From Candidatus Bathyarchaeota archaeon (GTDB taxonomy: Archaea; Thermoproteota; Bathyarchaeia; 40CM-2-53-6), in assembly GCA_005882895.1 (NCBI GenBank), contig VBBD01000018.1, forward strand, positions 1 to 63,781: a stretch of DNA of 63,781 bases. Direction: 5' to 3'. A program made the translations under genes and the position numbers. This document shows, in pieces, positions 45,192-55,835 of the stretch (the stretch's first letter is position 1; every line of letters begins with the position of its first letter). Under the pieces are notes generated by a model. The model was not told the DNA's origin, made no database searches, and saw only the letters and a program-made list of their open reading frames with translations.

Positions 45192-46418
45192 ATGATCGAG
45201 AAAACCAGCCTCTCTATCCCCTCTGAGATAGTACGGGACGCCCTCTCCAAACCCACCATATTCAAAGATGAAGGCCCCCTCAGCCTCGAATGGCTTCCAA
45301 CCCGGCTTCCCCACCGGGAAAACCAGCTACGCTTCCTCGCCGAGCTCTTCCGGTCGGTCATCGACAAGCCCGGGACCACCAGTCCCAAGGTCCTCATAAC
45401 CGGTGACATCGGAACAGGCAAGACGGTCCTCACCCAGCGGTTCGGCACGGATATCCAGCGCACCGCCAAGACCCTGAAGCTCAACCTCGCCTACATCCAG
45501 GTCAACTGCCGCGAATACCGGGGCAGTCTCTTCATGATCCTCAAACGAGTCCTCCAGACCTTCACGCCCCAATTCCCCCAGCGAGGTTTTTCCAGCGAGG
45601 AGTTACTACACATCCTCCTAGACCAGCTGGAGGACAAGAAACTCCACATCATCCTCACCCTCGACGAGGTGGACTCGCTCATCAAAGCAGAAGGCTCCAC
45701 CAGCCTCTACAACCTCACACGCATCCAAGAGGAACGACCAGGCCGACCAGTAAGATTATCCCTCATAATCATCCTGCGAGAGCTCAAGAACCTAGAAGAC
45801 CTCGACAGGAGCACCCAAAGCACCCTCCAGCGAAACATCATCCGCCTAGACCACTACACCACACCACAACTGGAAAATATTCTGAGAGAAAGATCAGAGC
45901 TCGCATTCAAAGAGGCAACTGTCCCTGAAGAGGTTCTGAATTTCGTTGCTGACATGGCCACGCCGGGGGGCGATGCTCGCTACGCTATTGAGCTACTATG
46001 GAGAGGTGGAAAGTACGCTGACACGGAAGGTGCGAGAGAGGTGAAGCCTGATCATATCAGAGCGGCCGCGAACAGCGTCTACCCTGTTCTCCGCACCGAG
46101 TATTCCCAGCATCTCAATCTCCACGAGAAACTTATACTTCTAGCCCTGGCTCGGGTCTTGGAGAGAAACAATGCAACATACGCCACCATGGGCGATGTGG
46201 AAATAGCATATCGTATGGCTTGCGAGGAACACAAAGAAACGTACCGGGCCCACACACAAGTCTGGAAGTACGTTCAGAACCTGAACGCTACAGGCATCCT
46301 CTCCACCCAGCTCTCCACCACCGGCTTTAGAGGAAAAACTACCCTACTGGGAATCTCCTCGGCCCCTGCCTCTGCCATCCGTCGATGGCTTGAATCAACC
46401 CTCTCCGTCAGAGCCTAG
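45192..46418 (+). CDS. cdc6: Orc1/Cdc6 replication initiator (AAA+ plus C-terminal winged helix)
   Basis: Contains LPHRENQLRFL, Walker A GDIGTGKT, Walker B ILTLDEVD, GDARYAIELL and the WH segment TMGDVEIAYRMACEE. Confidence 0.95.
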   Translation: MIEKTSLSIPSEIVRDALSKPTIFKDEGPLSLEWLPTRLPHRENQLRFLAELFRSVIDKPGTTSPKVLITGDIGTGKTVLTQRFGTDIQRTAKTLKLNLAYIQVNCREYRGSLFMILKRVLQTFTPQFPQRGFSSEELLHILLDQLEDKKLHIILTLDEVDSLIKAEGSTSLYNLTRIQEERPGRPVRLSLIIILRELKNLEDLDRSTQSTLQRNIIRLDHYTTPQLENILRERSELAFKEATVPEEVLNFVADMATPGGDARYAIELLWRGGKYADTEGAREVKPDHIRAAANSVYPVLRTEYSQHLNLHEKLILLALARVLERNNATYATMGDVEIAYRMACEEHKETYRAHTQVWKYVQNLNATGILSTQLSTTGFRGKTTLLGISSAPASAIRRWLESTLSVRA

Positions 46419-46420
46419 CC

Positions 46421-46732
46421 TTGGGAGGAGAAGAGATCCCACCACTTGACAGAGTCCTCTCAAGTAGCGGAAGAATACGAATACTCACGCTGCTCTCCCA
46501 AGTCGAACAACTGCATCTGACGGAGATCGCAAAGAGGACTGAACAAAGCTACAGCGCCGCCGAGCGGCATCTAGACGACCTATCAGAGGCAGGGATTGTG
46601 GAAGAAAGAGACTACGGACGCGTTAGAGTGTTCAGGCTTGACCTCACCAACGATCGCGCGAAGCTATTGCAGGAGCTGATCCTGAAGTGGAATCACAGTC
46701 AGCAGTTGCAACCTGTCCAAGCTCAAGCTTAA
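46421..46732 (+). CDS. ArsR-like winged-helix transcriptional regulator
   Basis: Contains RIRILTLLSQVEQLHLTEIAKRTEQSYSAAERHLDDLSEAGIVEE. TTG start, 2 nt after the cdc6 stop. Confidence 0.7.
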   Translation: MGGEEIPPLDRVLSSSGRIRILTLLSQVEQLHLTEIAKRTEQSYSAAERHLDDLSEAGIVEERDYGRVRVFRLDLTNDRAKLLQELILKWNHSQQLQPVQAQA

Positions 46733-46782
46733 ACCACTCACGCAACTCTCTAGTGCACATCTGTACAACGCTGGTTTGACAT

Positions 46783-46953
46783 TTGGAAAAATGTGCCGAA
46801 TGCGGACGCGTAACACTTCTGAACAAGAAGTGTGAATATTGTGGCAAGACTTTTTGCGAAGATCACATGCCCAAGCACCAAGCTTGGGAGCACCGTCATG
46901 AGGGCCTTGCCGATGACGCTTCTAGCCTGTGGAAAAGGACCAAACGACCCTAG
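46783..46953 (+). CDS. AN1-type zinc-finger mini-protein (56 aa), absent from the ORF track
   Basis: My manual translation reads (TTG)MEKCAECGRVTLLNKKCEYCGKTFCEDHMPKHQAWEHRHEGLADDASSLWKRTKRP*. The CxxC-x9-CxxC-x4-C-x2-H-x5-W-x-H spacing resembles AN1 fingers. Confidence 0.55.
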   Translation: MEKCAECGRVTLLNKKCEYCGKTFCEDHMPKHQAWEHRHEGLADDASSLWKRTKRP

Positions 46954-46989
46954 AGAGGAAAGCAGGTTCTCCCCTCCGTTCTGATCCGG

Positions 46990-48309
46990 ATGCTCGGGGA
47001 CTGGAAGGTCTTTATGGGGCGGCCGGACCTACTGTTAGAACAATCGTTGGCTCAACAGTTTGAAGCCCTAGGTTTCCAACCCCGGCTTCTTCAGGGAATC
47101 AAAGATATGGGCTTCGACGAGATGTTCCCAATTCAAGCGGAAGCTATCGCCCCTATTCTCCAAGGAAGAGACATCATCGGGCAGGCACACACCGGGTCGG
47201 GAAAGACCCTTGCCTACGCCCTTCCAATACTCCAGAGGATCGACAACCACGTTCATGGGCTCCAAGCGCTCGTGCTAGTCCCAACACGCGAACTCGCAGT
47301 CCAGGTTGCAGGAGAATTCGAACGCCTCGCACGCCACCTTCCAATAAGAACCGTCCCGGTCTACGGTGGGCAGAGCATCGGCGTTCAGCTCAACAAACTG
47401 GAAAGACCAACCACGAGAGTCATCGTCGCCACCCCAGGCAGACTCCTCGACCATCTGGAGAGAAGAACAGTAGACTTAGACCGGGTCCGATTTGTCGTGC
47501 TGGACGAAGCGGATAGAATGTTGGACATGGGGTTCATCGATGACGTGAGGTTGATTCTCGAGAGAGTCCCGGGTCCCCGTCAAACAACCTTGTTCTCGGC
47601 AACTATGCCTGATGAGATCATCAGGCTCGCCCATCACTACATGAAGAATCCCCTGAGAATATTCGTCGATAGCGACGAGATTGCTGTTGAATCCGTCTCC
47701 CAGAAGTATACATGGGCTGAAGAGAACGAAAAATTCCCCGCTCTTTGCTCCCTTCTAGAAACCGAGAAGGTAACGAGAGGACTCATATTCTGTTCGACCA
47801 AGATCAGAGCCGGTCGGCTTGCCCAAGCCCTAAGAGTCGAGGGCTACAATGCGTTAGCGATTCATGGAGATCTTTCCCAAGGCCAAAGGGACAGGGCGAT
47901 GCAGGCTTTTCGCGACGGATCAATCGCCGTCCTAGTCGCTACAGACGTGGCGGCAAGGGGCCTCGACATTACGAACGTAAGCCACGTGATTAACTTCGAC
48001 TTACCGGAAGAACCCCTCACATACTTCCATAGAATCGGCAGAACCGCCCGAGCTGGAGTTGCCGGAATCGCAGTCTCCCTCGTAAGCCGAAGCGATGACT
48101 CCATCTTTGAGAGAATAAGACGGACAACTTCATCGAATATTCAAGAGATGATTAGGTTGACGTCCCCGGGTCGAAGATCGTACCCGACCCTTTTCCTGCC
48201 ACCTCGTCCCTACGGTCCAAGGAGAGGTGGAGAGAGACACCAGCGAGGTCGTGGAAGACGTCCTACCCAACGTCCACCGAGATTCCAACGACACAGACGC
48301 CGGTATTAG
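46990..48309 (+). CDS. DEAD-box ATP-dependent RNA helicase with an Arg/Pro-rich C-terminal tail
   Basis: Has the Q-motif region, AHTGSGKT, PTRELA, VLDEADRM, SAT and HRIGRTARAG. Confidence 0.95.
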   Translation: MLGDWKVFMGRPDLLLEQSLAQQFEALGFQPRLLQGIKDMGFDEMFPIQAEAIAPILQGRDIIGQAHTGSGKTLAYALPILQRIDNHVHGLQALVLVPTRELAVQVAGEFERLARHLPIRTVPVYGGQSIGVQLNKLERPTTRVIVATPGRLLDHLERRTVDLDRVRFVVLDEADRMLDMGFIDDVRLILERVPGPRQTTLFSATMPDEIIRLAHHYMKNPLRIFVDSDEIAVESVSQKYTWAEENEKFPALCSLLETEKVTRGLIFCSTKIRAGRLAQALRVEGYNALAIHGDLSQGQRDRAMQAFRDGSIAVLVATDVAARGLDITNVSHVINFDLPEEPLTYFHRIGRTARAGVAGIAVSLVSRSDDSIFERIRRTTSSNIQEMIRLTSPGRRSYPTLFLPPRPYGPRRGGERHQRGRGRRPTQRPPRFQRHRRRY

Positions 48310-48486
48310 ACATCGATGGTTAGGGGATTTCCCTACCGGCCATGCTCAAGAGCAAAACACGGTAGCGACCTTCTGACGAGAACCTCTAAGAAATTCTTTC
48401 AATCGTCCGAGTGACCTACGTCGCGAGTTGTGGAACATTTTAATAGAAACGGAAAGCCCGTAGAACTGTTAAGTTAGAAGGATAAA

Positions 48487-49623
48487 ATGAAGTCCAACAA
48501 GAATTCTAACTCTCACGAAAAAATATCCGCATCAGCTTCGTCCTCTCGTATTCAATTCTCACCACGTGGCGATGCGTTCAAACATCCTGTGCAACATTTT
48601 GACGTGGCGAAGGTTCACACCGTCAGCGAAGCTCTGGAAGCGTTCAACACCACATCATTCCAGAGCAGAATGCTTGGCAGGTGTTACAAGATCTGGCTTC
48701 ATATGCTGAGCGATCCCGATCGTCCGCTAATCTTCTTCGGTCTGTCTGGAGCTATGATTGCTGGTGGAATGAGGCGTCTCCTCCGCGACCTCATCGCCTT
48801 CCACGCGATCGATGTTCTCGTATCAACCGGTGCCAACCTCAGTCATGACCTCTACGAGTCCCTCGGGGGTCGCCACTATATGGCCCATCATCACATTGAT
48901 GACCCGACTCTGCGGAGTATGAGAATTGACAGAGTGTACGACACTTATGCGGATGATGTGGTGTTTACGAAGGCTGACGAGTTTGTAGAGAAGTTCTCGG
49001 AAAGCCTTGAGCCTCGGGGCTACTCTAGCAGGGAGTTTTTCCAGCTCATGGGACAACGAATCAACGACGAATACGGCATTCTTGCCACCGCCTCGAGGGA
49101 ACACCTCCCCATCTTCTGCCCAGCACTAGCCGATAGCTCAATTGGGATGGCATTAACAGTGTATAGGAATGAGCAACTCGACCAGGGTCGGCCCCCAATG
49201 GTCTACGATCCCATGCTGGACAATCTAGAGATTATGAGCCTCAAGAGGCGTTGGCAAAAATCTGGAGTTATTTTCATCGGAGGCGGGACCCCGAAGAACT
49301 ACATCCAGCAGGTCATCCCGATGGCAGAGATTGCTGGGATGCCGGTTCCCCCGCACAGCTACGCGATCCAAGTGACGACAGATGACCCGAAGTTCGGGGG
49401 TCTGTCCGGCTGCGAGCTCCCTGAGAGCCAGTCGTGGGGGAAGCTTGATCCTAAGGCTGAACAGTGCACCGTGCATGTCGATGCCACTATCGGACTTCCA
49501 CTACTGTTCACAGGTGTAATGGAGCATTATGAGGAATGGAAAGCTAGAGGCCGATTGAATCATAACTGGGGAGAATCTCTAGAGGCTCCCGCGGTACGGA
49601 AGGCGCGGAAAGTCTCGGCTTAG
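48487..49623 (+). CDS. dys: Deoxyhypusine synthase
   Basis: Contains LSGAMIAGGMRRLL, VSTGANLSHD and IFIGGGTPKNYIQQ. Confidence 0.9.
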   Translation: MKSNKNSNSHEKISASASSSRIQFSPRGDAFKHPVQHFDVAKVHTVSEALEAFNTTSFQSRMLGRCYKIWLHMLSDPDRPLIFFGLSGAMIAGGMRRLLRDLIAFHAIDVLVSTGANLSHDLYESLGGRHYMAHHHIDDPTLRSMRIDRVYDTYADDVVFTKADEFVEKFSESLEPRGYSSREFFQLMGQRINDEYGILATASREHLPIFCPALADSSIGMALTVYRNEQLDQGRPPMVYDPMLDNLEIMSLKRRWQKSGVIFIGGGTPKNYIQQVIPMAEIAGMPVPPHSYAIQVTTDDPKFGGLSGCELPESQSWGKLDPKAEQCTVHVDATIGLPLLFTGVMEHYEEWKARGRLNHNWGESLEAPAVRKARKVSA

Positions 49624-50711
49624 TGCTCTCTCTTTCCCTGAATGTACTCTTCAACCCACTGAGATGCCTGACCGTCAGGAATCTTGATCGGGGGATACTT
49701 GAAACAATATGAGGAAATGCTGGTAAGTGCGCCTCCGACTCCACGGTCCAGACCAATTTTGACCGCACGAATTACATCTGCAACAACTCCGGCGCTGTTG
49801 GGAGAGTCCTCAACAGAGAGTTTGAGATCAATATGGAGTGGAATGTTTCCCCACTTTCTTCCTTTCAGGTAGATGTAGCAGATCTTCTTGTTCTTGAGAT
49901 GCGGAACATAATCCGACGGGCCTATTCTCGTCGGAACATCGTACGGAATAAGACTTGCAACCGCCGTCGTTTTACTGATACGCTTTGAGTGAAGCCTCTC
50001 CTCCACCGTCATGTTGAGAAAGTCAGTATCTCCACCAAGGTTGAGCTGATAGCTCTCGTCTACTCTGACTCCCCGCTTGAGAAAGAGGTCTACAAGGGCT
50101 CTGTGGACAATCGTGGCTCCAACTTGGCTTTTGATATCATCCCCTGCGATCGGTAGTTTTCTGTCTTCGAACTTCTTTGCCCATCCATCGTTCGATGCAA
50201 TGAATTCGGGGATGCAGTTTACGAAACCACAGCCCGCGTCCAAAGCCTGTTGTGCATAGAATCTGGCGCCTTTTTCACTCCCGACCGGAAGATAGTTGAC
50301 GAGGATCTCGGCTCCAGATTCCTTCAGCTCGGCCGCGACATCGACGGGTTTGGTCCTGTTCTTGTTGTAGACGTGGAACGGCTCCCTCATGTGGGGAGCC
50401 ACACCATCTAGAATCGGGCCTGCTTTGACGGTGACGCCCATGTCGGGGACATCGCTAATTTTGGGCGCACAATTTGGTTCGGTGAATATGGCCTTGCTAA
50501 GATCGCTTCCGATCTTCTTCCGGTTGACCTCGAAGGCGGCTACGAATGTGATGTCTTCTACTCTGTAGTCTCCGAACTTTGGATGCATCAGACCCGTCGT
50601 GAGGTTGTCTTCCTTGGGCAGGTTCTTTCTGTAGTATTGAATCCCTTGAATCAGTGCACTAGCGCAATTCCCAACGCCGGCAAGTGCTGCTTTGATCTTC
50701 CCCATGTGCAA
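49620..50711 (-). CDS. myo-Inositol-1-phosphate synthase (archaeal type)
   Basis: Contains IKAALAGVGNCASALIQGIQYY, NYLPVGSEKGARFYAQQALDAG and LNLGGDTDFLN. Confidence 0.9.
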   Translation of the reverse strand: MHMGKIKAALAGVGNCASALIQGIQYYRKNLPKEDNLTTGLMHPKFGDYRVEDITFVAAFEVNRKKIGSDLSKAIFTEPNCAPKISDVPDMGVTVKAGPILDGVAPHMREPFHVYNKNRTKPVDVAAELKESGAEILVNYLPVGSEKGARFYAQQALDAGCGFVNCIPEFIASNDGWAKKFEDRKLPIAGDDIKSQVGATIVHRALVDLFLKRGVRVDESYQLNLGGDTDFLNMTVEERLHSKRISKTTAVASLIPYDVPTRIGPSDYVPHLKNKKICYIYLKGRKWGNIPLHIDLKLSVEDSPNSAGVVADVIRAVKIGLDRGVGGALTSISSYCFKYPPIKIPDGQASQWVEEYIQGKREH

Positions 50712-50782
50712 CCTTTCCTAAGGCTTCTGAAGCATGCGGTAGCGCCGCATTATAAGCCTAGGAATACTAAAGATCGGACGCG

Positions 50783-53035
50783 CTACTCTGCGTCTTCATA
50801 TTCGGTAAGAACCACTTGCTGTTCGACGTCAGACGGTTTCGCCTTCTTCGCCTTTTCCCACTCATCTGCCTTGATGAGTCCTCCCGCTTGTTCCTTGATC
50901 TTCTTCGCCAGCGATGGACCAATCGTTCGAATGCTCATCAATTGTTCGAGGCTTCTTTCCTTGATATCCTCAATCGTTTTCAGTCCTGCGTCGTAGAGCA
51001 TGCGTGCTCGGACTCGTCCCACGCCTTCAAGCGTTGTTAGCTTGACTAGCTCTGGCCGAACTCCCTTTGCAAGTCTGACCTTGAGCATTTCCAGAGGAGC
51101 TAGGAGATCTTTGTGTCCGAAGAGACGCCCAAGTTCTTGGGTGGCGAGGATCAGCCACTCGGAACCTTGCACAAGTCGGAGAAGGTCGCCCGGCTCAACT
51201 CTCCTCGTCTCGAGAATCTGGTCCTCGGTTCGCTCATCGATCCAGTCGGATAGAACTTGAGCGCTCTTTAGTTCGCCGAGAAACTCCTCGTAGGCGACAG
51301 GATCCTCGAACTGAGTTGGTATGAGATAGGTGAATTCATCGCTTCTTTGCTCTGCCAACAGGCTCAGCTTGTCGAATTCGCGTCCTCGGGGACGGGGTCG
51401 TGGGGAAAGATCGGGGGTCTTTGAGATCAAATGCAGTATACTCAGGTCAGTCATCTTCTTTGCTCGATTGTACAATCCGTCCCGGAGTATAACGGCTGAC
51501 ATTGGATCAATGTAGAGCTCGGAAACCCGCTTGCCAAACCTTGAAGCCGACAATTCTTTGCCCTCCATAAGCACCATCTCTTCCTTGAAGAGAAACCGAA
51601 GAATATCGCCAATCTTGCCTTTGATCAGGCGCGGCCCGTACTGGTGCGCGTAGAACGTTCTTGCGAAGAAGTTGTACAATCCTTCTTCTGAATGAGCGTA
51701 GCCGGCAGCAACAGTGGATAGTACATGTGGACGCAGAACTCGCTCCGCTGCCAGCTTAGACCAGAGCTTCTCAGGCTGGGCGAGGACATAGTTCTCCATC
51801 AACCACTCCGCCTCGTCAGGGTTACGCGCGATCAGCAATGCCTCGCCGAACTTGTCGTACTTCGGCCTTCCAGCTCTTCCGCAGAATTGCTTGTACTCTA
51901 GCACGCTTATCGGATATCTACCGTACCCCGCTTCGTAACGTTCGTAGCTGCTGATGACAACAGCCCTTGCTGGGAGGTTGACTCCTGCTGCAAGGGTCGG
52001 AGTCGCCGCCAGGACCTTGATTCTACCATCACGAAAAGCGTCCTCCACTATTCCGCGATGAATTCCCGCCAATCCCGCATGGTGAAAACCCGCGCCCGCC
52101 GCGACCTGCATAGCAAGGGCTTCGCCTAGCCGAGTCTTCTCGCCGGTCGAGAGAATTCGTTCAGCAATAGTGCTCAACGCCCTCTCTTCGGGCTTCGACA
52201 AGCGACTCTTCACCGCTACCGAGGCCTTTCGCCCCATCTCGACGGCAGACCTTCGCGTCTCAGTGAAAATCAGTGCCTGTCCGCCAGTGCTCAAAACGTC
52301 GAGCGCGATGTCGAGGCTCGGCGTTTTGGTTCCGCTAAGAATCGCTCGGCTTGCACCATCTCGGAACTGTACTTGATTATCGTGATAGATTCCTTCTCTT
52401 AGCGGGACGGGCCGCCAGTCGGTTGTCACCGATCCGGCTTTCAGCCATGACCCTACCTCTTCCGCATTCCTCACCGTTGCGCTGAGAGCCAAGACCTGGA
52501 TGTTCGGGTTGATCTCTGTTAGTCGAGTCAGAACCACTTCGAGGGTTGGACCTCTTTCCTGTTCAGTCAGGAGATGAACTTCGTCTGCAACGACCAAAGT
52601 AAGTTCGCTCATCCAGGGCGCTTTGTGCCTCAGGAGAGAGTCTGCTTTCTCATTAGTACAAAGAATGATGTCGTATCTTCCTAGCCACGGGTCTGAGCCG
52701 TCATAGTCACCAGTGGATATTCCGGCTCTGACATGGTCCCCGTTAGGTTTCTTGATTGCTGAGTATCTTTGGAATTCCTTGAATTTCTCGCTAGCCAAAG
52801 CGCGGAGCGGCGCCAAGTAGATCGCTTTCCCACGGTGTTCGAGAACGTGTTGTAGGATGCAGAGCTCGGCCACCAGGGTTTTGCCACTGGCGGTGGGACT
52901 GGCCAAAACCAAGTTTTTCCCATTTAAGACCCCTGCTTCGATGGCGTGTTGTTGCGGCGGGTAGAGCTCGTCGAGGCCTTCTTTGGCCAATAACTCGATT
53001 ACTTGCTTGTCAATTGGGAGGTCTCTAATATTCAC
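50783..53035 (-). CDS. hel308: Hel308/Hjm Ski2-like DNA helicase
   Basis: Contains SPTASGKT, VVADEVH, SAT, FHHAGL and GRAGRP, plus a C-terminal HhH domain. 750 aa. Confidence 0.95.
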   Translation of the reverse strand: MNIRDLPIDKQVIELLAKEGLDELYPPQQHAIEAGVLNGKNLVLASPTASGKTLVAELCILQHVLEHRGKAIYLAPLRALASEKFKEFQRYSAIKKPNGDHVRAGISTGDYDGSDPWLGRYDIILCTNEKADSLLRHKAPWMSELTLVVADEVHLLTEQERGPTLEVVLTRLTEINPNIQVLALSATVRNAEEVGSWLKAGSVTTDWRPVPLREGIYHDNQVQFRDGASRAILSGTKTPSLDIALDVLSTGGQALIFTETRRSAVEMGRKASVAVKSRLSKPEERALSTIAERILSTGEKTRLGEALAMQVAAGAGFHHAGLAGIHRGIVEDAFRDGRIKVLAATPTLAAGVNLPARAVVISSYERYEAGYGRYPISVLEYKQFCGRAGRPKYDKFGEALLIARNPDEAEWLMENYVLAQPEKLWSKLAAERVLRPHVLSTVAAGYAHSEEGLYNFFARTFYAHQYGPRLIKGKIGDILRFLFKEEMVLMEGKELSASRFGKRVSELYIDPMSAVILRDGLYNRAKKMTDLSILHLISKTPDLSPRPRPRGREFDKLSLLAEQRSDEFTYLIPTQFEDPVAYEEFLGELKSAQVLSDWIDERTEDQILETRRVEPGDLLRLVQGSEWLILATQELGRLFGHKDLLAPLEMLKVRLAKGVRPELVKLTTLEGVGRVRARMLYDAGLKTIEDIKERSLEQLMSIRTIGPSLAKKIKEQAGGLIKADEWEKAKKAKPSDVEQQVVLTEYEDAE

Positions 53036-53063
53036 CTGTTATGGTAGCTCCGAAGAATGGGTT

Positions 53064-55124
53064 CTAGCCTGAAGTCCGCTTCAGTTTTCCTTCTTTGGGT
53101 GAATAGATCATTCCTTCCTTAATCAACTGTCCGACAAATCGGCGCGCCTCGCCGTCCGTTACCTTCTCTCGTTCAACTATCGCGGCGGTGAGTATTTTTT
53201 CATCTACGGTCCAAGTTTCCCGTTCTAATTCAGCGACGATCGCCATCACCCTTCCCAAGGAGTCGCGGACAGTCGCTGGCTTACCGGTCATTATTGTGTC
53301 GATGTCGATCTTGCCAGTCTTTACATCCACTCCAACATCGTAGAGAGCGTAGCTCATTATCTTGACTGCGCTCTTCGCATCCTCAACGGTCACCTCGTCC
53401 CGGAGAAACGCGCGGGCCCTTGCCTCGGAAATCCGGACCAACCCTTCGAGTTGTCGTGGGGTTATTGCGACAGCGGCTTCTTTGCCGGTGGTATTGCGCA
53501 TCTTCAGATAGAAATCCTGGAGCTCCTTTACAGCTTCTGGGGTTAGAACGGGAACTATTCTTTTCGCGTAGCTGATGTATTTTCGCAGAAAGTCAGGTGG
53601 AAACGGGGGCTCCTCCGGAGTGTGTTTTGTCTTGTGGAGGGAAAGGATGTGTTCCGACATCCGGGAATCATTTTCGGGCTCGGGCACGTCCTTTACCAGG
53701 AAAATCAGATCGAATCGGGAGAGAATTGTTACTGGAAGGTTGATGTTTTCATTGATATTCTTGTGCGGCTCATACCTTCCCAAAGCCGGGTTTGCCGCTG
53801 CTAGAACCGCAGCCCTGGCGTTCAACGTAGCAACGATGCCCCCCTTGGCGACACTCACAGTCTGTTGCTCGAGAGCTTCGTGAATAGCAACACGGTCATC
53901 AGGCCGCATCTTGTCCAGCTCATCGATACATGCAATCCCCTTGTCTGCAAGCACCAATGCGCCCGCTTCCAAGACCATTCCCCCAGTTTTCTCGCGAAGG
54001 ACAGCGGCAGTAAGCCCGGCAGCAGTGGTTCCCCTGCCTGAAGTGTAGAGGCCTCGCGGCGCGATCCTCGAAACGTATTGCAGAAGTTGGCTCTTTGCTG
54101 TCCCAGGATCCCCGATTAACAATGTGTTGAGGTCGCCCCTGATGCTGACTCCGTCGGGGAGGTGTTTTGAGACACCGCCAAATAGTAGGTAGAGTATTCC
54201 TTCTTTGATCTCTCCGTAGCCGTAGATGGATGGCGCGAGGCTCATGATGAGTTTGCGGTGAACGAAGGGGTCTTTCGACGCTTCTAGAATCTTCTTCTCG
54301 TCTTCGCGGGTGATCTCGACAACTTCTGTTTCTTTACCTACTACGTCGACGAAGTTTGCTTCGAGGTACAGGTTGAAGGTTCGGAGGCGGCCTTTTTCTC
54401 CGACGTATTGTTTTTCGGCTCTGACGATGGATGTGACAGCAACCCGATCTCCGGGACGTGCCGAGTCTACAATGTCGTCTTCTAATCTGACATCGAGATA
54501 GCGAGGTAATTGTCCAGGCGGAAGGTCCTCGGGTCTTTCCTGAACTCGAGCTTCCTGAGTGTTCTTGAACTTGCATTGCTCCTCCAGCAGTTCCCAAGCG
54601 GTTTTCTGCTTGCAGCTTGGACATGTTGGACCCGGTCCTCTCATCAGGTCTCCGCTCTGTTCTTCTTGGACGATTTCGAGGCACTTTCTGCACCGGAAGA
54701 CAGCCTTGAGGATCATGGGCCGAACCTGTGTGGTCCTAACGACGATCCCTTCTACGAGGGCGAGTTTTTTCATGTCCTCGGCCCCAATTTTTCGCAGTGC
54801 CCTCTTCTCGGGGAGGCGGCGGAAACGAGTGAGTATGTGACCAGCGTGCTCTGCGTACTCAGGATCCTCTACGCGCATTTGGGCTGTGGCAGCTGAGCTT
54901 GCGTAACCAACGTAGTCGTCCGGTCGCTCTGTGACGCTGCGGGCTAGGGCTGGGTCAAAAGTGATTAGATCGTCGAAGTCTATTACAAGAGAAATGCCGT
55001 TGTTGACGGCAACTTGTGCAAGGCGTTTTCGGTATTTGGATCCGACCTGGTCGGCTTGGTATGATCGGAAGAAGTCTTGGAAAACGTCCTCTGGACGGGA
55101 CGTTTGTGGGTTAACGAGTGTCAA
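53064..55124 (-). CDS. mcm: MCM replicative helicase
   Basis: Has a zinc motif CRKC...CPSC, Walker A GDPGTAKS, Walker B CIDELDKM and the arginine finger SRFDL. 686 aa, with no intein. Confidence 0.97.
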   Translation of the reverse strand: MTLVNPQTSRPEDVFQDFFRSYQADQVGSKYRKRLAQVAVNNGISLVIDFDDLITFDPALARSVTERPDDYVGYASSAATAQMRVEDPEYAEHAGHILTRFRRLPEKRALRKIGAEDMKKLALVEGIVVRTTQVRPMILKAVFRCRKCLEIVQEEQSGDLMRGPGPTCPSCKQKTAWELLEEQCKFKNTQEARVQERPEDLPPGQLPRYLDVRLEDDIVDSARPGDRVAVTSIVRAEKQYVGEKGRLRTFNLYLEANFVDVVGKETEVVEITREDEKKILEASKDPFVHRKLIMSLAPSIYGYGEIKEGILYLLFGGVSKHLPDGVSIRGDLNTLLIGDPGTAKSQLLQYVSRIAPRGLYTSGRGTTAAGLTAAVLREKTGGMVLEAGALVLADKGIACIDELDKMRPDDRVAIHEALEQQTVSVAKGGIVATLNARAAVLAAANPALGRYEPHKNINENINLPVTILSRFDLIFLVKDVPEPENDSRMSEHILSLHKTKHTPEEPPFPPDFLRKYISYAKRIVPVLTPEAVKELQDFYLKMRNTTGKEAAVAITPRQLEGLVRISEARARAFLRDEVTVEDAKSAVKIMSYALYDVGVDVKTGKIDIDTIMTGKPATVRDSLGRVMAIVAELERETWTVDEKILTAAIVEREKVTDGEARRFVGQLIKEGMIYSPKEGKLKRTSG

Positions 55125-55558
55125 CTGGTGCTCTCACGGCCAAGAATGTCTTTCTTCCAGGACTCTACGTTCTCTCGCACCTTCTCGTAGAGAGCCTGCT
55201 CTTCCACCGTCAGATTGGCTGTAACCTCGATCGTCTGTTCTCCAGACGCTCCAAGCGAAGCGATTTTCTTTACTCGAATGTTAACTATGTCCCGTGATAG
55301 GGCGAGAGCTTTGTCTAGGTCCCGAGCCTTCGTGCGGTCTTTCGCTTCAAGGCTCTTCAGCTCTTTGATAAGCCGTCGGAGCTGAAAGTAGAATGACCGG
55401 GGAAGTTTCGGGATCTGCCTTGAGCCGGGCAGCGTCTCTTTGTAGTGAGTAGTCGACAAGGTGTTTAGCGTGAGCTGTTCCTCATCCTTGAAGCGGGCAT
55501 ATCCCATCTGGACCAAGTGCTGAGCAGTCCAGAGCGAAAGCTCAACCTCCTGTCCCAT
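55121..55558 (-). CDS. GINS complex subunit (Gins23-like)
   Basis: 145 aa helical protein whose stop overlaps the mcm start by 4 nt. A gins23-mcm operon is the known Sulfolobus arrangement. I made the assignment mainly from context. Confidence 0.55.
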   Translation of the reverse strand: MGQEVELSLWTAQHLVQMGYARFKDEEQLTLNTLSTTHYKETLPGSRQIPKLPRSFYFQLRRLIKELKSLEAKDRTKARDLDKALALSRDIVNIRVKKIASLGASGEQTIEVTANLTVEEQALYEKVRENVESWKKDILGRESTS

Positions 55559-55835
55559 TCGATAGGGGCCCAGGGTCCTGTCTCCGATCCGGGTTTCTGG
55601 AAATTCGCGCAGAAGTGTTATGCGTGAAGGCGAGTTTTCAAATTCTGTGTCTACAATCTCTACGATAGATGGTTCTTTCTCCAGTTCACTCGCCCTCCGG
55701 AATCACCAAGGCAAAAGTGAGCTCCATAAAACCATTCTAAACAGAAAATCAAATCGATCACACGATAATTGCTCAGAGAGGTGGGTGAAACAGTTCTATA
55801 TGGCTGAGAACATCAACAGGTTCGGTTGGATCTGA

